Below are positions 55,814-60,120 of a stretch of DNA of 60,120 nt, one piece after another. Source of the DNA: Candidatus Bathyarchaeia archaeon. GTDB lineage: Archaea > Thermoproteota > Bathyarchaeia > Bathyarchaeales > Bathycorpusculaceae. The DNA lies in contig JAVZNE010000008.1 of NCBI GenBank assembly GCA_038882975.1, forward strand, positions 1 through 60,120, in the 5' to 3' direction. Each line of letters begins with the position of its first letter. Positions within the stretch are counted from its first letter, which is position 1. A model generated the notes under the pieces. That model saw only the letters and a list, made by a program, of their open reading frames with translations, did not search any database and was not told where the DNA came from. The position numbers and the translations under genes were made by a program.

Positions 55814-56104
55814 TTAGGCTGGAGCCAAGGCGGGTTTCACTGGCTGAGCCATAGCCTCCAAAAGTCCCTTCTCTTTTAAGGCTTCGATGACTTCCTCGTC
55901 TGATGCACCCCGTTTTATGTCAATTTTTTCGGCTAAGGGCTCTAGATGGTTGATGTTTGCCCTCCGCCTCTTAACGCCCGTGACGCCTTTCGGTCCGGTC
56001 ACCAGCACAAAGCTCTTGTCAATAATGTCCACTATAACACATTTCTTGCCAGCCTCTCTTCCGCAGATTTTGACGCAGATTCTTCCAACTTCTATTGCTG
56101 GCAT
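55814..56104 (-). CDS. rpl14e: 50S ribosomal protein L14e
   Basis: [30 protein letters not shown]. Confidence 0.95.
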   Translation of the reverse strand: MPAIEVGRICVKICGREAGKKCVIVDIIDKSFVLVTGPKGVTGVKRRRANINHLEPLAEKIDIKRGASDEEVIEALKEKGLLEAMAQPVKPALAPA

Positions 56105-56191
56105 ATTCGCGAATCCTCCAAGATTGGAAGCATTAGCATTTAACATACAGCCTCATATTTATAGCTTCAGATGGAAGCCACGCTTAAACTT

Positions 56192-57550
56192 CTATGTTAG
56201 GAAGCGCTTAACAACATGGTATAGGACGCTGACTCCAAAAACCAAGTTCTTTATTGATATGCGCTCGTCTATTCCGTGAACCATTTTTAGAATCTCGCCG
56301 TAGGGCAGATCTGAAAGGGCTGGTTGGAAGCCGTAACATGCTGTTCCTAGGCTTCTGAAGAAGCGGGAGTCCGTCCCACCGGTAAGTAGTATTGGAGTTA
56401 CAGCGCAGTTGGGCTCAAACTCTTTTAGGGTTTCCACCATAAGCCCATACAAAGGCGTGTCCGTGGGGGATTCTGAAGGCTCATTAGCCTGAACAGTTTC
56501 AAACTCAAGCTTTTCTAGGTCTATGTCCTTTAAAAGCTCTTTTATGCGGTTTAGGGCTTCAGCTGTGCTCTGTCCGGGTAAGATTCTGCAGTCGAAGATG
56601 GCTTCGCATTCTGATGGGATTATGTTCTCCTTAACACCTCCACGGATGATTGTTGGCGCAATTGTCATCCTTAACATTGCACGGAGCTCTTCAGCCATGG
56701 CTTTATCCTTTTGGGCAAGCATGTCCAAAATCTCGTCGCCTTTATCTGGGTTCTGAAGCAGAAGGTTGAGCGCTTGCTTCGCCTCAGCGTTTTCCTCAGC
56801 CATAACAGCCAAAAACTGCTTGACAGTGGGCGTCAAAACCATCGGCGCCCGATAATTGCCCAACTTTTCCACAACACGGTTCATGCGGAGAATGGCGTTG
56901 TCAGCAGCCCCTGGCACTGAGCCGTGCCCAGGTCTTCCTTTCGCCTTAACTTTAAACCATAAAATGCCCTTTTCGGCTGTCTGAATAGTGAAAACGTTTT
57001 TCCCATCCATCGGAATTGCTTGTCCACCACCCTCGTTTATGACGTAGTCTGCCCTAACCTTTTCCAAGTGGTGGCGGACAAGCCAACCAGCGCCTGCTTC
57101 CCCGCCCCTCTCCTCGTCTGCTGTCGCAGCCAATATAACGTCGCCTTTAAGTTTGACGTTGTTGCGTTTCAGAAGCTTCATAACCATGACTTCCATGGCT
57201 GTCATGGATTTCATGTCCATGGCGCCCCTACCCCAGACAAAGCCGTCCCTAACCAAGCCTGAAAATGGGTCAACGCTCCACTCTTTCGGGTTTGCAGCCA
57301 CCACATCAAGATGGGAAAGCAGTAGGAGGCTTGGCTTCTCACCTGTTCCTTTAAGGCGGGTTATAACGTTCCCCCTTCCAGGGGCAGATTCCAAAACCTT
57401 ACATTCAAAGCCTTCCCTTTCCAATGTTTCAGCCAAGTATTTTGCGGCTTGCGTCTCGTTTCCAGGCGGGTTTGTAGTGTTTATACGGATTAAATCGCTT
57501 AGAAGAGCCGTGATTTCCTCCTCAACTTCCGTTAGAAGCCTCACAACCAT
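56192..57550 (-). CDS. M20 family peptidase/deacylase (DapE/ArgE-like)
   Basis: SHLDVV, GRGAMDMK, DEE, NEGG, GGTDSR, HGIDERI. Confidence 0.92.
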   Translation of the reverse strand: MVVRLLTEVEEEITALLSDLIRINTTNPPGNETQAAKYLAETLEREGFECKVLESAPGRGNVITRLKGTGEKPSLLLLSHLDVVAANPKEWSVDPFSGLVRDGFVWGRGAMDMKSMTAMEVMVMKLLKRNNVKLKGDVILAATADEERGGEAGAGWLVRHHLEKVRADYVINEGGGQAIPMDGKNVFTIQTAEKGILWFKVKAKGRPGHGSVPGAADNAILRMNRVVEKLGNYRAPMVLTPTVKQFLAVMAEENAEAKQALNLLLQNPDKGDEILDMLAQKDKAMAEELRAMLRMTIAPTIIRGGVKENIIPSECEAIFDCRILPGQSTAEALNRIKELLKDIDLEKLEFETVQANEPSESPTDTPLYGLMVETLKEFEPNCAVTPILLTGGTDSRFFRSLGTACYGFQPALSDLPYGEILKMVHGIDERISIKNLVFGVSVLYHVVKRFLT

Positions 57551-57615
57551 ATGCCCACCACTTTAGCCTCATGATATGGGCTGAAAACATTTAAGATTTT
57601 GCGGGTAAACTGCAA

Positions 57616-57963
57616 TCAGCATGTCAGATGGAAGGCGCCAGCCACAACCTTCCCAGCCCTCAAAAGCTCGTTGAAGGTCTTGTAGGCTTCGCCAGTAGGT
57701 TGGGCGATAAGCCTTATTCCCCGCTCTTTTAAGGCGTCATCAACTTCTGGCATAACCTTAACAAGTCCGGAATAACCCGTGCCAACCACAAGAACCTCTG
57801 GAAGCGGCTTATGGTCAAGGACTTCCTTTAAATCTTCAACGTAGATTCTATGCCCCTCTTTCCTCCACCAACCACTCATGACTTTGTCTGGAAAGACTAC
57901 GAGGTCGCTGGTGTAGCGTTTACCATTAATAACCATAACGCCGAAATCATAGGAGTCTATCAT
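57616..57963 (-). CDS. Mth938/DUF498 family protein
   Basis: IDSYDFG, VVGTG, AFHLTC. Confidence 0.88.
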   Translation of the reverse strand: MIDSYDFGVMVINGKRYTSDLVVFPDKVMSGWWRKEGHRIYVEDLKEVLDHKPLPEVLVVGTGYSGLVKVMPEVDDALKERGIRLIAQPTGEAYKTFNELLRAGKVVAGAFHLTC

Positions 57964-58030
57964 TCGCGTTCACCAATATTGTCTTAAGGTTTAAAGGATT
58001 TAAAGCCTAACACCCAAATCACTTTCAGTT

Positions 58031-58609
58031 ATGAAAACCCTCCCCAAAAGCTTTTACGAAAGAAACCCAGCCATTGTGGCAAGAGAGCTCCTTGGAAAAG
58101 TGCTTGTTAGAAAACTTAATCATCAAACTTTAAGCGGGAAAATTGTTGAAACAGAAGCCTATTACGGCGAGAAAGACCCAGCCTCAAAAGCCTATGAGGG
58201 GAGAAAAGCCTTCAACGAGCTCATGTTTTCGGATGCTGGAAAAGCCTTCATTTACATGGTTCATGGAAACTGGCTCCTAAACATCGTTGCCCACCCAAAA
58301 GGCGGTGTTGGCGCCGTCCTAATAAGGGCGGTGGAACCCATCCAAGGAATAGAAGTTATGATGAAAAATAGGGGAGTAGAAGACATTTACGCGTTGACAA
58401 GCGGTCCTGGAAGACTTACCAAGGCGTTAAGCATAACGAAGAAACAGAATGGCTTAGATGTTACGAGGGCTGAAAACGAAATAGCAATTTTTGAAGCCAC
58501 AGCGGAGGAATTTGAAATCTGCACTTCTCATAGGATAGGTGTGAAAAGGGATCTTCCACAAGAATTGAGGTTTTACATTAAGGAGAACCGGTTTGTTTCT
58601 AAGCCGTGA
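58031..58609 (+). CDS. mpg: DNA-3-methyladenine glycosylase (MPG)
   Basis: ARELLGK, IVETEAY, AVLIRAVEP, SGPGRL, RIG. Confidence 0.93.
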   Translation: MKTLPKSFYERNPAIVARELLGKVLVRKLNHQTLSGKIVETEAYYGEKDPASKAYEGRKAFNELMFSDAGKAFIYMVHGNWLLNIVAHPKGGVGAVLIRAVEPIQGIEVMMKNRGVEDIYALTSGPGRLTKALSITKKQNGLDVTRAENEIAIFEATAEEFEICTSHRIGVKRDLPQELRFYIKENRFVSKP

Positions 58610-58652
58610 AAATTTATCTACATAAGCGAGCTTAAATGTTGTAGAGGACAAG

Positions 58653-59198
58653 GTGAAAATGCTGAGTCAGCAAGCCTTACGCCAACTGCGGGAAACACCA
58701 TTAACAAGAAATGTTGGGCTTATTTCAGACACGCATATACCGGTGCGCGCCAAAGAAATCCCAAAAAGGGTTTTCGAAATTTTTGAAAAGGTCGACTGTA
58801 TTGTGCATGCTGGGGATTTGGTTGACTTGTCGGTTATAGATAGGTTGGAGCAGCTTGCCCCTGTATTGGCTGTTTATGGCAACATGGATGGCCCTGAAAT
58901 TCGTGGTAAACTGCCCAAAATGAACTCTGTCAAGATTTTTGATTGGAAAATTGGCGTTATGCATGATCCAGGAACCCTTTTCGGCATGGGGAAGATGCGA
59001 GAAATAGCCAAACAAAATGGCTTCAACGTGCTTGTTTATGGGCATACGCATCATCCAAACATAAAGTGGGAGGGAAACACTCTTTTCATAAACCCTGGAA
59101 GCCCAACAAATCCTATCCCGCCTTTCGTGACAAAACCAACTATTGCCCTGCTAAAAATAACGAAGGAAAAGATTCATCCAGAAATTGTAACCCTTTAG
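58653..59198 (+). CDS. Metallophosphoesterase (YfcE/Vps29 family)
   Basis: SDTH, HAGD, GNMD, GHTH, NPGS. Confidence 0.92.
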   Translation: MKMLSQQALRQLRETPLTRNVGLISDTHIPVRAKEIPKRVFEIFEKVDCIVHAGDLVDLSVIDRLEQLAPVLAVYGNMDGPEIRGKLPKMNSVKIFDWKIGVMHDPGTLFGMGKMREIAKQNGFNVLVYGHTHHPNIKWEGNTLFINPGSPTNPIPPFVTKPTIALLKITKEKIHPEIVTL

Positions 59199-59311
59199 AA
59201 GCTTTCACTTTAACTTATCTCTCTCCCCCACGCAGAAAAACCGTTTCACAGCATGCTTTAAAAAGGGTTTATGGCAGAACATCGAGCCGGGCATGAAAAG
59301 CGGTGAGCCTC

Positions 59312-59449
59312 ATGGAGCGTTGTAGAAACCCTTGGAATAAGGAATGCAAAAACGACGACATTGAGGTTTACATAGTCTTCAAGGGTGATAAACTTCCCAT
59401 TTGTAGGCGATGCTGGAGCAAAATAGCAGAAAAAGATTTAGAATGGTGA
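59312..59449 (+). CDS. 45-aa Zn-finger microprotein
   Basis: MERCRNPWNKECKNDDIEVYIVFKGDKLPICRRCWSKIAEKDLEW; GGTGA RBS; stop 2 nt before the next ATG. Confidence 0.65.
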   Translation: MERCRNPWNKECKNDDIEVYIVFKGDKLPICRRCWSKIAEKDLEW

Positions 59450-59451
59450 AA

Positions 59452-59706
59452 ATGGGCATGAATGGCTTCAACTTGAACGTTGCCAAATCCTTTCTTGGGA
59501 AGAACGTTAACCTCCACCTAAAAGATGGCTCAGTAATAGTGAACGTTCAGCTGGCTGAAATTCAAAGGGATGAAATGCGAAACGAAGTCTTCGTCAGGTG
59601 CAGATCATATGGGAAGGGCAACACGCTCCAAATACCCCTAAGAAGTATTGCGTGGGCAAAGCTTGTAGACTTAAACATTGTTGAAATAAGAGAGACCGTC
59701 GGCTAG
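59452..59706 (+). CDS. Small Sm/LSm-like fold hypothetical protein
   Basis: FLGKNVNLHLKDGSVIVNV...IPLRSIAW. Confidence 0.55.
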   Translation: MGMNGFNLNVAKSFLGKNVNLHLKDGSVIVNVQLAEIQRDEMRNEVFVRCRSYGKGNTLQIPLRSIAWAKLVDLNIVEIRETVG

Positions 59707-59939
59707 CCCGCACTAGCGGCAACAGGAAAACTAGAGAGGGTAGTGTGTATTTGCAGCTTGACGGCAAGTGCAAATATGACTAGAGGGGGAGGGAGTAGCG
59801 AAAATAAAGCCTTGCTAAAATCCGTTTTCCTATAAAAAGGTATGAGGAGTGCAGATCAAGCTCTTCTAAAGTGTTTGGGTTTTTCTTTGCGTTTCTCGAA
59901 AAACTTAAAAAATGTTTCATGACATTTATATGGTCAATT

Positions 59940-60120
59940 ATGAAAATGCCGAAAAAAGCGCTTTCAGTTATAATGCTTACTTTATTTTTAACAGGCATAT
60001 TGAATTCAACACTTAAAATTCGGCAGGTTAAATCGCAAAAAACATGGATCGTTGACGATGATGGACCAGCAGACTTCCACTCAATACAAGAGGCTATAAA
60101 CGCGGCAAGCGACGGAGACA
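59940..60120 (+). CDS. Secreted NosD/beta-helix protein, N-terminal part (runs off window end)
   Basis: MKMPKKALSVIMLTLFLTG...TWIVDDDGPADFHSIQEAINAASDGD. Confidence 0.78.
   Translation, partial: MKMPKKALSVIMLTLFLTGILNSTLKIRQVKSQKTWIVDDDGPADFHSIQEAINAASDGD

Noticed and set aside
1-60120. CRISPR array, rRNA or IS transposase
   Set aside because: No regularly spaced repeats with unique spacers, no rRNA-like sequence and no transposase motifs were seen.

Overview
Archaeal chromosome segment. Gene content and style suggest Bathyarchaeia or a related TACK lineage, which is an inference. It holds two small integrated elements. Element 1 (~600-5200) has a wHTH, an AbrB-like protein, a ParB protein and a Zn-ribbon tyrosine integrase abutting tRNA-Ser(GCT). 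Element 2 (~33965-40451) has an SF3 helicase, a candidate ori and a tyrosine integrase, and its reconstructed empty site is a perfect 11-6-11 dif-like inverted repeat. The two elements share an unrecognised small protein family. Housekeeping content: three tRNAs (one with an intron), an aspartate kinase-aroA'-aroB'-aroD-aroE-aroK-aroA-aroC-chorismate mutase operon with divergent pheA, an AOR, tdh/kbl, ABC exporters, LonB, DtxR-feoAB, cbf5, rpl14e and rpl35ae. The top observation is an unannotated 25-codon leader ORF ending YWYYFFSY, followed by mutually exclusive hairpins, directly upstream of the aromatic amino acid operon; this is a candidate ribosome-mediated attenuator in an archaeon. Also notable is a 23-nt bulge-helix-bulge intron splitting the catalytic Asp codon of cbf5. 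All calls come from reading the sequence by eye, with no database searches.
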